DNA from: Reclinomonas americana ATCC 50394
Taxonomy: Eukaryota
NCBI GenBank assembly: GCA_048213135.1
Contig: PS015010.1
Coordinates: forward strand, 62,001 to 126,000
Direction: 5' to 3'
Length of the DNA stretch: 64,000 nt
Shown: positions 1-10,262 of the stretch, piece after piece
How positions within the stretch are numbered: the stretch's first letter is position 1
Layout of the letters: the number at the start of each line of letters is the position of its first letter
Notes under the pieces: model-generated
The model's input: the letters and a program-made list of their open reading frames with translations, nothing else
Told to the model about the DNA's origin: nothing
The model's database searches: none
Translations under genes and position numbers: made by a program

Positions 1-1
1 C

Positions 2-232
2 CTGCTGCTGATCTTTGTATTTGCCTATGTGGAAGAAGGTCTGTGGGATACTACTTTATGGAAAGAACACCAGGAAGTATTCTCCGCTTTTCATTTTTCT
101 GATGTCCGCCCGGGCGATGCCCTGCTCTCCCTGCTTGTTCCGTTGCTGGCCCTGCCACAGATCACCCATTATGTCATTGACGCCTATATCTGGCGGGTGC
201 GAAAGGATGAATTGAAATGGAGTGACAAATAA
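2..232 (+). CDS. Hypothetical membrane protein, 3' part (5' end outside window)
   Basis: Frame is open from base 2 (LLLIFVFAYVEEGLWD...LLVPLLALPQITHYVIDAYIWR); hydrophobic segments; followed by a terminator. Confidence 0.75.
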   Translation: MLLIFVFAYVEEGLWDTTLWKEHQEVFSAFHFSDVRPGDALLSLLVPLLALPQITHYVIDAYIWRVRKDELKWSDK

Positions 233-250
233 CGACCATTCTTTTCCGCC

Positions 251-293
251 AAAATAAAACCGCAAAGTTGATGAGCTTTGCGGTTTTTATTTT
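251..293. terminator. Bidirectional intrinsic terminator
   Basis: AAAATAAAACCGCAAAG-loop-CTTTGCGGTTTTTATTTT between convergent genes. Confidence 0.85.
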
Positions 294-308
294 CAATTCC
301 TTACTTCT

Positions 309-3300
309 TTATTCAACATTCACCCTTATCCCTTCGCTGTGGCTGCTGAATTCAGGAGCGTACATGCACTGTATGCTGCTGATGCCATTGCTGAAGTTTC
401 CTTTATGGGTAACAAACACAGGGTATTCAAAAACATAGGTGCCACGGGGCAACCAGCTGAAAAAGAAATTGGTGCTGGCGTCTTTGGTGCTTTCGTAGTA
501 ACCCAGTCCGCCCTGCCATTTATACTCGCTGAGTATGTTCACCGGTTCCATGCAGGCAGCACGCATATCTTTCATATGTACATATTCCATGTCGCGGTCA
601 ACACGCAGTTCAATGCGTACTTTCACTTTGTCACCTACTTTCAGCTGGGCGCCGTCACCAACAGGTGTCAGTACCGGGCCTTTGTCGCTGTTTTTCTCCA
701 CGAACAATTTTTTGCTCAGTTTGAGTGGTGTTTCTGCTGCGGTGATCTTATCCAGGTCCTCAAAATACTGCCAGTACACGGCGCCCCATGAAGTGGTGCC
801 GGGCAAAGCGGTTTTCCCGGAAAGCGGTTGAACCGATACACTGATATTGCCCATCGTGGGTTTCACCTGTTCGCCTTTGATACTTTTCTTGAAATATCCT
901 GTACCCGCTTCAACGGTATTCTCATCTCCTTTGATGATGGTGCCACCGAGGTTTACGGTAACGGTCTTTTCTTCCGCCAGCCAGTTGCTGCCACCTAACA
1001 GGAAGGCGTAACAGGCTTCAGCTGTGGCTTTGGTGGTTTTCCAGTTCTGCGTCTGCTTTTGTTTCAGCAGCCAGGTCTTCATGTCATCTACTGTTGCGGT
1101 ATTTTTTTCAATGTCTGCAAAAGCTTCAATCATCATGGCCTGTGATTCAACAGGTGCCTGGTACCAGTAATAACCGCCGCCGCTGGCCCAATCTTTCCAG
1201 TACATGCCCATCTCTTCCTTGCTGATGGAGTTTTCCCGCAGTGATTTCAGGATGTTTTTTGGTGTTTGTGCATCGCCGCCCCTGTGCAGGGCAAGAGCGA
1301 TCATGGCCTGCATATACTTGCTTTGGCTGAGCCAGTATTTTTTGGCCTGCCCGGTGTAATAATTGTAAGCCGTAGTTGCGGAAGCTTCAACTTTATACTC
1401 GCTGAAGAAACTGCGCATATACAGGTACTGGATAGCGGTATAACTGAGGTGGTTGTCCGCCAGTTTGGATTTGTACTTAATTAAGTTATCGTACTCTTCT
1501 TTTATTTTTTTGTCGAGATAAGGAACGCCTTTATCTACCACGCTCTTCACCTGTGTATACCTGTCGCCGGTCAGTGCATTCAGTTTGCGCAGGTGACCAA
1601 TGCCGGTGATGATGTACTGTGTAATATAACGGTCGTCAGGCCCGCCGCGGAACCAGGTGAAACCGCCATTACTGCTTTGCATTTCCCGCAGCTTGTTGAA
1701 GGCTTTCATGGTTTCGTTACTCATCTTCACCATATCAAACAACAGGGCGATGTTTTTCTTTTGCTGGTTCTCATTCTGCGCAGCCAGTACCCAGGGTGTT
1801 TCTTCCAGCAGGGCTGATTTCAGTGCCTGGTTTTTTTCCAGGTTGCTTTGCAGCGCGGCGGTGTCCAGCGTTTTCCAGCGGTCGAATACAGCTTTGATCT
1901 TAGGTGTGCTGTTGCTGATGAAGGTTGCCAGTGTGTTGGCATAATACCTGTTGAAGGTCTGCTCGGCGCATTCATACGGGTATTCCATCAGGTAGGGCAG
2001 TGCCTGAACGGCATACCAGGCCGGGTTGCTGGTATACTCTACGGTCAATGCCTGGTGCGTAAGTGTAGTACTGCCGCCGCTGCTGAGCAGTTTGGCAAAG
2101 CTGAAATTTTTAGAGGTTTGGTTACGCAGGTTGAGTGGTAATGTTTCGGTTACCAGCATCCTGTTGGTAAGAATGGGGATGGCCATTTCTTCACCGTCTG
2201 AGAAATTTTCCGCTTTGGCTACAATGCGGTAACTCATGGCGGAGTTGAAATTGAATGGTATCTCCATCGGGAACCTCACAGCCTGGCTCTGTCCTGCAGG
2301 AACGGTGAAGTACTGGGAAGGGAATACATTTTTGAACCAGCCATCCACGGGTTTATTGGTAGCCGCGTCCAGCAGTTCCAGGTGGGCGGTGCCGGTGAGT
2401 TCTTTATTGGTCAGGTTCACGATCTTGGCACTGAATTCCATCTGGTCACCTTCCCGCATAAAACGCGGAGCATTGGGCTGCACCATCAGTTCTTTCTGTG
2501 TCACCACGGTTTGAGTGCTGTAACCACTGGCCAGGTCTTTATTGTGGGCCAGGGTCATCAGTTTCCATTTAGTGAGGGCTTCGGGCATGGTAAAACTGAA
2601 GGATACATTGCCATCGGCATCGGTGGTAAGATCGGGGAAGAAGAAAGCGGTTTCATTGAAATTTTTACGAACCTGTACGCCTTCATTGCCGGTATTATTA
2701 TTCTGCTGTTGCACACCTCCGGCCACACTATCCAAAAGTCTGTCATCACGGTCTTTTGATTTTTCCTGTTCTGTTACCGCTTTCTTTTTTCTTTCTGCCC
2801 CGGCGCCTGACTCATCTCTCATAGCAGCCATGGGAGCCGGAGGCGGAGGAGGAGAAGGAGAAGCATTTGCAACAACACCAACAGCCCTTGATTCCAGTGC
2901 ATAGGTGCTATAGCCATACCCACCGTCTTCCAGGTAAGCACCAATCAATGCGTCATAACTTTTTTCTTCCTGGCTCAGGTAACTTACACCGGGTTCGTTG
3001 TGTTCATCGGAAGAAACGGTATTGAAACTGTTCTCCATCCAGTAGGGCACATTGTACAGGCCGGGCCAGATATTCAGTCCGCTCCAGTCGTGAGGTTTGA
3101 ACTGGTCCAGCGAAGCATCATACATAGAGGCAAGTAACTCGGCGTTAACTTTTTCTCCTTTGCTGCCAGAGATCTTTACGGTCCATTTTTCCTGGCTGCC
3201 GGGCAGCAGCTTATCGCGGAAAGTAGTGTATTCTATTTTCAGTTCCTTATTGCTCCAGGGAATGCTGAAGTATTCACTGCCTTTGTATACACGGCCGTGC

Positions 3301-6300
3301 TGTACAAAGGCGTAGCTCATCGACATACCACCACGGTCGGCTTCGGATACGCTGATGTTGTTATAAAAATTATTATTGGGATTCAATACCGGGTAATTAA
3401 TAACGGTATTGTCATTCATTTTGGAAATGCTGTGTATGAGCCATACATTGTCGAAGCCGGTCTTGATGGCGTAACTCAGTTTCTCACCTGGCTCTGCCTG
3501 GCGTTGCTGTACATCAACGATCAAGGGCTCTTCTTTAGATGGCTGGCTGACATCGGTAAGTTGAATATATTTCTCCGCTTTCACCGTTTCGCCATATTTA
3601 TCTTTCGTGGTCACTATTATTTTGTACCATCCTGCAGACAATTTACCTGTACTGCTGAGTGCGAATTTGTTATCGGCAGCAGTGGTGTCTGTTCTGTCAA
3701 CTACTTTATCACCCACCGGCCATTGGTTTTGCTTGTCCTCATCCTTGTATACATCGTAAGGGAAGTTGTTGTAATATTCTTCCTTACTCATTACAAACTG
3801 GTCGGGCATGTCCCACAGGCGGCTGCGGAAGATGCGGCCCGGGCTTTTCAGTTTGTGCATAGTTACATTCACTTTGGCACTCTCAAAAATATCATTGAGG
3901 TTGGTGCTGCTGATGAGCAATTGCTTGAGGCTGTCGGCAGGCAGTTTATCAGGCGTATTGATGCTGATCTGTAAAGACTGGTAGGCAACGGCAACGGTGG
4001 TCTCGCCACTGCGGGTCTCCCCGTTGATATCGTTTACGTCTGCGCTTACTTCGTAATAGAAGATGGGTTGCGCCACTTTATCCACCGATTCATCAGGTAT
4101 GGCTTTAAAAGTTACTTTGAAAGTACCATCCGCATTGGTTGTGGTAATACCGTTGGTGATCTCCATTTCTTCCTTGCCGGATGGCGCAATGCCACGGCCA
4201 CCACCTTTGCGGTAGAAGCCCCATTCCCACCAGATGGGATAACGCACTTTGCGCACCACGCGGTAGCTCACTTTGGCGCCGTCGATATTATTGCCGGCAT
4301 AGGCCTTGGCATTGCCGGTAACCGTAATGCTGTCATTGACCCGGTAAGTGCCTTTGGGTTTTTCCACCTCAACAAAAAATTTCGGGCGTTTGTATTCTTC
4401 CACGCTGAAGTAATAGTTGGTATTGGTGGATTCGTCGAACAAACTGAAATTACCATTGAGTACACCTTCGGGTAGTCGGAAAGAACCGTTGTAACTGCCG
4501 TAAGCATTGGTGGTAACCACCACGTCGGATACTTTCTGGGCATTGGCGTCACGAAGTATCAGTGTAGTCTTGAAACCGGGCATAATCACGCTCTTGGCGG
4601 CGTCTTTTTCCCTGCGCAGTACGATGCCTTTGAAATAGAGGGTCTGCCCCGGGCGGTAAATGGACCTGTCGGTGAACAGGAAGGTCTGTGGTTTTAACTC
4701 CGGTGTATAGCTGTTGTAGTAATTGTAATAATTGTTGTCATCAAGGAACAATTCATCCTTATCCAGTTTTACCTGTAAAAAATAATTGCGGTACTGGGTG
4801 GCCGTTTTCATTTTAAAATAACCATTCTTATCGGCTGTGTACTGCTCCATGCGTTTGTCTTCGTAGCTGCTGGAGGAGTAGTTGTAACCAGATTCCCATA
4901 TCTGCACATTCGCGCCGGGTAAGGGGGTGCCTTTATCGCGGTGCAATACAAAATATTCATTATTGCTGTTGTGGATGTAGCTGATGTTGCTGATGTACAC
5001 CACCTGTTTCGCAACGATATTTTTTGCAAGAGAGAAATCAGCATTCAGGCTGGCCAGCACCATATAAGTACCCAGCTCGGCGGGTTCCATTTTTACTTCA
5101 ACGGCATGTTCCTGGTAGTCATTAAGGTCGGGAAGTGTAACATCCCAGCTTTTCAGGGGTTTCAGTTGGGTGAGTGCTTTCCAGTACTGGTCATAGTCCC
5201 GCCTGTCCTGTTTCTTTATCTCTTCCCTTGAAGTTTTAATGATACGGAAATACAGTTTTTTTACATTTTTATATTTTACCAGTGTGCGGTAAGGCAACTG
5301 GGGCAGGTTCACTTTTTCCGTTTCCAGGTTGAGTGTGGGCAGCGTCATTTGTGTTACCTGGTTCTTCGCGCTGATGCCGCCTTCCGATTTGGGGAATTTG
5401 GTATAGATACTTTCGAACAATTCTTTCGCTCTTTTCTTCTCATACTGCTGGTCAATTTTTGTGAAAGGCTCGTAAGTTTCACCACGCTGGTAATAGATCA
5501 TGCCCCGCAGGAAGGAAGCCTGCGCTGAAGCAGGAGCAGAAGGATAACGGGTTTCCAGTTGCTGTAATGCTTTTTCGTATGCCTTTTCCTTATCGGTAAA
5601 TGTGGCATGGTTATAAACAAACGCTATCCTGATGATGTCCGCATCTATCAGAGCTTCAGGTTTGGCATCATTCAAATGAAAACGGAGCAGGTCTTGGAAC
5701 AGCAGCAGGGCTTTATGTTGAAGTGACGCCGTATCTTTTGTAATAAATTTTGTATTGATGAATTCTGATGCCGGCGCCATCGCTTTGGAATCGTCGATCA
5801 GGAATTTATAAGCGGGGCGGGTAAGGTCGCGTTCATCGGTCACGTAATAAGCGAGAGCCCGGTGTGCCAGGAAGTCAAATAACGTAGGACGCAGGTTGCG
5901 GGTATTTTTTCCTTTTTCTATGGCATCATCGAAATTGCCGATGGCTGTATTTTTCAGCAGGGATTCGTTTTGCAGGGAAGCGCTGTACAATTGGCTGATC
6001 ACGCTGTGAAACTTATCAATGCCCCAGGTAGTGATGTCCCTACTTTTTTCTTCTGCCAGTTGTGTACGGGAATACAGTTTCCAGCGGTTGTTCTGTACAT
6101 AGCTCCAGAACATTTCGGCCTGCATACTTTGCAGGATATTTTTTACCGGCGCTTTCGCCTTCGCGATAAGGGTGTCGACAAAGAAAATATTATTCTCCCG
6201 GCTGTCTTCTTCCACGTGACCGCGGTATTTGATCTGGTACATGGCTGTTTTGATCAGTTGTGCCATGTTGTTTTCTTTTTCCGCGGCGGTATACATTTTC

Positions 6301-6455
6301 ATGACTTCCGCGAGGGCGCTTTTGGGCAGGCCTTTATTTTCAAAAGCCAGCACATTTTTCCAACCGGCGGCATAATCCGTTTTCTTCTGGGCCATAATCG
6401 ATAGGGAGGTTAGAACAGTGAACAAAAAAAGAGATACATACTTCTTTACTGACAT
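309..6455 (-). CDS. Alpha-2-macroglobulin family protein, 2048 aa (SPI signal, thioester CAEQ)
   Basis: Signal peptide ending A-Q; MG2 motifs FTDRSIYRPGQT and VEEYKRPKF; RKNFNETAFFFP after a low-complexity bait region; YPYECAEQ thioester motif; C-terminal MYAPEF. Confidence 0.93.
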   Translation of the reverse strand: MSVKKYVSLFLFTVLTSLSIMAQKKTDYAAGWKNVLAFENKGLPKSALAEVMKMYTAAEKENNMAQLIKTAMYQIKYRGHVEEDSRENNIFFVDTLIAKAKAPVKNILQSMQAEMFWSYVQNNRWKLYSRTQLAEEKSRDITTWGIDKFHSVISQLYSASLQNESLLKNTAIGNFDDAIEKGKNTRNLRPTLFDFLAHRALAYYVTDERDLTRPAYKFLIDDSKAMAPASEFINTKFITKDTASLQHKALLLFQDLLRFHLNDAKPEALIDADIIRIAFVYNHATFTDKEKAYEKALQQLETRYPSAPASAQASFLRGMIYYQRGETYEPFTKIDQQYEKKRAKELFESIYTKFPKSEGGISAKNQVTQMTLPTLNLETEKVNLPQLPYRTLVKYKNVKKLYFRIIKTSREEIKKQDRRDYDQYWKALTQLKPLKSWDVTLPDLNDYQEHAVEVKMEPAELGTYMVLASLNADFSLAKNIVAKQVVYISNISYIHNSNNEYFVLHRDKGTPLPGANVQIWESGYNYSSSSYEDKRMEQYTADKNGYFKMKTATQYRNYFLQVKLDKDELFLDDNNYYNYYNSYTPELKPQTFLFTDRSIYRPGQTLYFKGIVLRREKDAAKSVIMPGFKTTLILRDANAQKVSDVVVTTNAYGSYNGSFRLPEGVLNGNFSLFDESTNTNYYFSVEEYKRPKFFVEVEKPKGTYRVNDSITVTGNAKAYAGNNIDGAKVSYRVVRKVRYPIWWEWGFYRKGGGRGIAPSGKEEMEITNGITTTNADGTFKVTFKAIPDESVDKVAQPIFYYEVSADVNDINGETRSGETTVAVAYQSLQISINTPDKLPADSLKQLLISSTNLNDIFESAKVNVTMHKLKSPGRIFRSRLWDMPDQFVMSKEEYYNNFPYDVYKDEDKQNQWPVGDKVVDRTDTTAADNKFALSSTGKLSAGWYKIIVTTKDKYGETVKAEKYIQLTDVSQPSKEEPLIVDVQQRQAEPGEKLSYAIKTGFDNVWLIHSISKMNDNTVINYPVLNPNNNFYNNISVSEADRGGMSMSYAFVQHGRVYKGSEYFSIPWSNKELKIEYTTFRDKLLPGSQEKWTVKISGSKGEKVNAELLASMYDASLDQFKPHDWSGLNIWPGLYNVPYWMENSFNTVSSDEHNEPGVSYLSQEEKSYDALIGAYLEDGGYGYSTYALESRAVGVVANASPSPPPPPAPMAAMRDESGAGAERKKKAVTEQEKSKDRDDRLLDSVAGGVQQQNNNTGNEGVQVRKNFNETAFFFPDLTTDADGNVSFSFTMPEALTKWKLMTLAHNKDLASGYSTQTVVTQKELMVQPNAPRFMREGDQMEFSAKIVNLTNKELTGTAHLELLDAATNKPVDGWFKNVFPSQYFTVPAGQSQAVRFPMEIPFNFNSAMSYRIVAKAENFSDGEEMAIPILTNRMLVTETLPLNLRNQTSKNFSFAKLLSSGGSTTLTHQALTVEYTSNPAWYAVQALPYLMEYPYECAEQTFNRYYANTLATFISNSTPKIKAVFDRWKTLDTAALQSNLEKNQALKSALLEETPWVLAAQNENQQKKNIALLFDMVKMSNETMKAFNKLREMQSSNGGFTWFRGGPDDRYITQYIITGIGHLRKLNALTGDRYTQVKSVVDKGVPYLDKKIKEEYDNLIKYKSKLADNHLSYTAIQYLYMRSFFSEYKVEASATTAYNYYTGQAKKYWLSQSKYMQAMIALALHRGGDAQTPKNILKSLRENSISKEEMGMYWKDWASGGGYYWYQAPVESQAMMIEAFADIEKNTATVDDMKTWLLKQKQTQNWKTTKATAEACYAFLLGGSNWLAEEKTVTVNLGGTIIKGDENTVEAGTGYFKKSIKGEQVKPTMGNISVSVQPLSGKTALPGTTSWGAVYWQYFEDLDKITAAETPLKLSKKLFVEKNSDKGPVLTPVGDGAQLKVGDKVKVRIELRVDRDMEYVHMKDMRAACMEPVNILSEYKWQGGLGYYESTKDASTNFFFSWLPRGTYVFEYPVFVTHKGNFSNGISSIQCMYAPEFSSHSEGIRVNVE

Positions 6456-6684
6456 GGTAGGATGTTTAATAGTACAAGATACAATTTGTTTATGTGCCGC
6501 AAAAGAACCGGTCTGTCCACCTGAACAAAGGCTCTGCGGGTGTTTGCGATAGTTAGATGAATGGAATATTTTGTTTGCATAAGTCTGCCCTACCTTTTTT
6601 TCTTTAACTTTTTATTATATTTCATTGTTGTGCCACGGCACAGCTTTTGGAATCTTACTGGTAACAACCTTAAAAACCTTAAAT

Positions 6685-7413
6685 ATGAAAAGAATCTTTA
6701 CACTACTTACCGCACTACTGATCTCCTTATCCATGTATGCCTATTACGGCCAATCCAGGTTAAGCATATCCACCACCAGTAACGCCTCGATCCGGGTTAT
6801 GGTCGACGGTAAAAAGTATACCGCTGGTAACAATGGTATCATGATCAGCAGCATCAACGATGGTTATCACCAGGTTAAAGTATATATGTTCCGCGGTAAT
6901 GTGAATAACAAACGCGGTATGCAGAACAACGGCAGTATGGGTAATGGCTACCAGCTGGTGTACAGCGGCAACATCTACCTGAAAACAAAGTACCATACCG
7001 ATATTACTATCAACCGTTTTGGTAAGGCTTTTATAGACGAACAGGCGATGAACGGCGGCTACTATGACGAGGAAGATGATGACTGGAGCGATATGCCGGG
7101 TATGGGTAATGACAACAGGGCCATGGATGCCAAATCCTTCGAGCAGCTGAAAGCTACTATCAGCAGGGAGAGTTTTGACGATACGAAAGTGAAAATTGCC
7201 AGGATGGGTATCCAGTCCAATTATGTTACTTCAGAACAGGTAAAAGACCTGATGGGTTTGTTCAAATTTGAGGATAGTAAACTGGAAATCGCGAAGTATG
7301 CATATGACAACACCATCGACAAGCAGAATTATTTTACGGTAAACAGCGCACTTAGTTTTTCTTCGAGTAAAGAGAGTTTAATGAAGTACATAGAATCGAG
7401 GAAAGTACAATGA
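6685..7413 (+). CDS. Secreted DUF4476 domain protein
   Basis: Likely start MKRIFTLLTALL (signal peptide); C-terminal SFDDTKVKIA...FKFEDSKLEIAKYAYDNTIDKQNY pattern of DUF4476. Confidence 0.8.
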   Translation: MKRIFTLLTALLISLSMYAYYGQSRLSISTTSNASIRVMVDGKKYTAGNNGIMISSINDGYHQVKVYMFRGNVNNKRGMQNNGSMGNGYQLVYSGNIYLKTKYHTDITINRFGKAFIDEQAMNGGYYDEEDDDWSDMPGMGNDNRAMDAKSFEQLKATISRESFDDTKVKIARMGIQSNYVTSEQVKDLMGLFKFEDSKLEIAKYAYDNTIDKQNYFTVNSALSFSSSKESLMKYIESRKVQ

Positions 7414-7436
7414 TAGTTTTTCTGGCTATACTTTAG

Positions 7437-7469
7437 AGAGTTCGGGCGTGGGCCCGGCTCTTTTTTTTT
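7437..7469 (+). terminator. Intrinsic terminator after DUF4476 gene
   Basis: AGAGTTCGGGC/GCCCGGCTCT stem followed by a T run. Confidence 0.75.
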
Positions 7470-7486
7470 GCAGATACTGCAAAGGA

Positions 7487-7644
7487 GTTTTTCACAGAGA
7501 TATGCAGAGAATATTCACAGAATTACACAGAGAGGTCATAATATTTCTACGTTACTGGGACGGTTATTCAGGAACAGTAGTGAAAAGTTCAATAGCATTT
7601 CTCCGGGAATCTATGTGAAGGCCTTCGTGGAACTCTGTGAAAAC
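7487..7644. repeat. Inverted CACAGAG-type short-unit repeat element
   Basis: GTTTTTCACAGAG...CACAGAATTACACAGAG on the left, inverted CTATGTGAA...CTCTGTGAAAAC on the right. Confidence 0.6.
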
Positions 7645-7669
7645 AAAAATCCCGGCATACAGCCGGGAT
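7640..7669 (-). terminator. Intrinsic terminator after sucD
   Basis: ATCCCGGC/GCCGGGAT stem with T tract on the minus strand. Confidence 0.75.
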
Positions 7670-7692
7670 CAATATTATTTGACAACACCTGG

Positions 7693-8568
7693 TTATTTTT
7701 TCAGTGCTTCAGCCATTGTTTTACCGATATCTGCAGGGCTTGCTACCACGTGGATACCACATTCTTCCATGATCTTCATTTTGGCTGCGGCGGTATCATC
7801 TGCACCACCTACAATAGCTCCCGCATGGCCCATCCGGCGTCCGGGAGGTGCGGTTTGACCGGCAATAAAGCCTACCACCGGTTTTTTGTTGCCGGTTGAC
7901 TGTATGTAACGGGCGGCTTCTGCCTCCATACCACCACCGATCTCGCCGATCATAACAATGGCGTCGGTTTCGTTGTCGTTCATAAACAGTTCAACCGCTT
8001 CTTTGGTAGTTGTACCAATGATAGGGTCGCCACCGATACCGATAGCAGTAGAGATACCCAATCCTGCTTTGGCCACCTGGTCGGCAGCTTCGTAGGTGAG
8101 GGTACCCGATTTGGATACGATACCAATCCTGCCGCTTTTGAAAATAAAGCCCGGCATAATGCCTACTTTACAAGCATCGGCGGTGATTACACCCGGGCAG
8201 TTAGGCCCGATGAGGCGGGTATCTTTTTGCTGCAGGTAATTTTTCACTTTCACCATATCCTGTACGGGAATGCCTTCGGTGATACATACCACCAGGGCGA
8301 TGCCCGCGTCGGCAGCCTCCATAATGGCATCAGCGGCAAAGGCCGGGGGAACGAAAATGATGCTGACGTTGGCGCCGGTATTCTTTACGGCGTCGGCAAC
8401 GGTGTTGAACACGGGTTTGTCGAGGTGCGTGCTGCCGCCCTTACCGGGGGTAACGCCACCCACCACGTTGGTGCCGTATTCGATCATTTGTGTAGCATGG
8501 AAAGTACCTTCGGTACCGGTGAATCCCTGTACAATCACCCGGGAATCCTTATTAACTAATACTGCCAT
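7693..8568 (-). CDS. sucD: Succinyl-CoA synthetase alpha subunit
   Basis: [32 protein letters not shown] and RRMGHAGA (phospho-His) motifs. Confidence 0.97.
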   Translation of the reverse strand: MAVLVNKDSRVIVQGFTGTEGTFHATQMIEYGTNVVGGVTPGKGGSTHLDKPVFNTVADAVKNTGANVSIIFVPPAFAADAIMEAADAGIALVVCITEGIPVQDMVKVKNYLQQKDTRLIGPNCPGVITADACKVGIMPGFIFKSGRIGIVSKSGTLTYEAADQVAKAGLGISTAIGIGGDPIIGTTTKEAVELFMNDNETDAIVMIGEIGGGMEAEAARYIQSTGNKKPVVGFIAGQTAPPGRRMGHAGAIVGGADDTAAAKMKIMEECGIHVVASPADIGKTMAEALKK

Positions 8569-8621
8569 ATGAAGAGGTTAAAGTGTGCGCAAAAGTAATG
8601 TAAAATATGAAAATGGCGATG

Positions 8622-9452
8622 TCAGGCGTCAATTTTCTCATCCCCGTTGATCAGCTTGTCCATATCCCTGTTGTTATCGATCTTGCCTTTGGCTTCCAGC
8701 ATACGCATGTCCTTGGCATCCTGCAGGAACTCGGAGGCAAAAATGAAGTTGTTGAGTTTCTCATTCTTGGAAAAAATGATCTCCTTATTGTTGCCACTCC
8801 ATTCTTTCTCTCCTTCAAACATATAGAGGATATTTTCGCCGATCTCCATCACGCTGTTCATGTCATGGGTATTGATAACTGTGGTGATGTTGAATTCCTT
8901 GGTGATATCGTAAATGAGTTTATCGATCACCATGGAGGTCTGCGGGTCGAGGCCGGAGTTGGGCTCATCGCAGAACAGGTATTGGGGGTTGAGCACGATG
9001 GCGCGGGCGATGCCCACCCTTTTTTTCATACCACCGCTGAGCTCGGCAGGGAATTTTTTATTGACGCCTTCCAGGTTCACCCGGGCAAGTACTTCGTTCA
9101 CCCGTTTGAGTTTGTCGGAAAAGGATTGCGTGGTAAACATATCGAGCGGGAACATGATGTTCTGCTCTACGGTCATACTGTCAAACAGCGCCGAACCCTG
9201 GAACAGCATCCCGATCTGCTGGCGGAGCTCTTTACGTTCCTCATCCGTCATACCGGTAAAACTGCGGTTGTCATAAATGATCTCGCCATGATCGGGTTCA
9301 AAAAGACCTACCAGGCATTTCTGCAATACTGTTTTGCCACTGCCGCTGCTGCCGATGATGAGGTTGCATTTGCCCGTTTCCATCACATGACTCACGTCTT
9401 TGAGCACTACCTTTTCACCGAAGCTTTTCTTAATATTTTTGAATTCGATCAT
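8622..9452 (-). CDS. mlaF: ABC transporter ATP-binding protein, MlaF-like
   Basis: Walker A GSSGSGKT, LFQGSALFDS, LSGGMKKRVGIARA, DEPNSGLDP; next to MlaE permease. Confidence 0.85.
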   Translation of the reverse strand: MIEFKNIKKSFGEKVVLKDVSHVMETGKCNLIIGSSGSGKTVLQKCLVGLFEPDHGEIIYDNRSFTGMTDEERKELRQQIGMLFQGSALFDSMTVEQNIMFPLDMFTTQSFSDKLKRVNEVLARVNLEGVNKKFPAELSGGMKKRVGIARAIVLNPQYLFCDEPNSGLDPQTSMVIDKLIYDITKEFNITTVINTHDMNSVMEIGENILYMFEGEKEWSGNNKEIIFSKNEKLNNFIFASEFLQDAKDMRMLEAKGKIDNNRDMDKLINGDEKIDA

Positions 9453-9461
9453 AGTTATTGA

Positions 9462-10199
9462 TTACAGCATCAATGCCGCCAGTATATAATCCGCAAAAAG
9501 GATCATCACACAACTTACCACCACGCTTTTGGTACTGCTGCGGCCAATTTCCAGCGCCCCGCCTTTTACATGATAACCATAATAAGCGGGTATACTGCTG
9601 ATGATGAAAGCGAATGTATAGGCTTTTACCAGGGCGAACACGACATTATAAGGCGTGAACTCTTTGAGCAGGCCGCTGTCGTAATCGTCGTTGGAAAGAA
9701 TGCCCGTAAGTGAGCCAGCGAGGCGGCCGCCATAAATACCCAGCGCCATAGAGATCACCACCAGCATGGGAATAGTTACGAGTGAACCGGCGATCTTCGG
9801 CATCACCAGGTATGATTTGGTGTTGATGCCCATGATCTCCAGTGCGTCGATCTGCTCACTCACCCGCATGTTACCCAGTTCACTGGCGATCTTACTGCCA
9901 ACAACGCCGGCGAGTACGATACAAACCACGGTAGGGGCGAATTCCAGGATCACGGTATCCCGAACGATCTGTGCGATGGTGGATTTGGGGATGAGCGGAC
10001 TTACCAGCTGGTAAGAAGTTTGTACGGCACTTACCGCACCCATGAACACCGAAATGATGATCACGATGCCCAGCGAACCAATGCCGATCTCCACGCACTG
10101 GTGCATGAATTCCTTCCAATACATCTTTACATTCTCGGGTTTACTGAACATGCCTTTCAGCATGAGTATGTACAACCCGAAATGCGACAAAAAATTCAT
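9462..10199 (-). CDS. mlaE: MlaE family ABC permease
   Basis: ASELGNMRVSEQIDALEIMG and GGALEIGRSST motifs. Confidence 0.9.
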   Translation of the reverse strand: MNFLSHFGLYILMLKGMFSKPENVKMYWKEFMHQCVEIGIGSLGIVIIISVFMGAVSAVQTSYQLVSPLIPKSTIAQIVRDTVILEFAPTVVCIVLAGVVGSKIASELGNMRVSEQIDALEIMGINTKSYLVMPKIAGSLVTIPMLVVISMALGIYGGRLAGSLTGILSNDDYDSGLLKEFTPYNVVFALVKAYTFAFIISSIPAYYGYHVKGGALEIGRSSTKSVVVSCVMILFADYILAALML

Positions 10200-10262
10200 G
10201 TATACTGGTGTTTTGAGTGTGCTGTTTTACAAAACGAACGGGAGCCTGTTATATTTTATACT

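Noticed and set aside
7468-7899. 143-aa ORF
   Set aside because: Runs through repeat DNA and a terminator and is antisense to sucD.
8622-10199. mlaEF without mlaD, and sucD without sucC, as anomalies
   Set aside because: Split arrangements of these genes are common in Bacteroidota.
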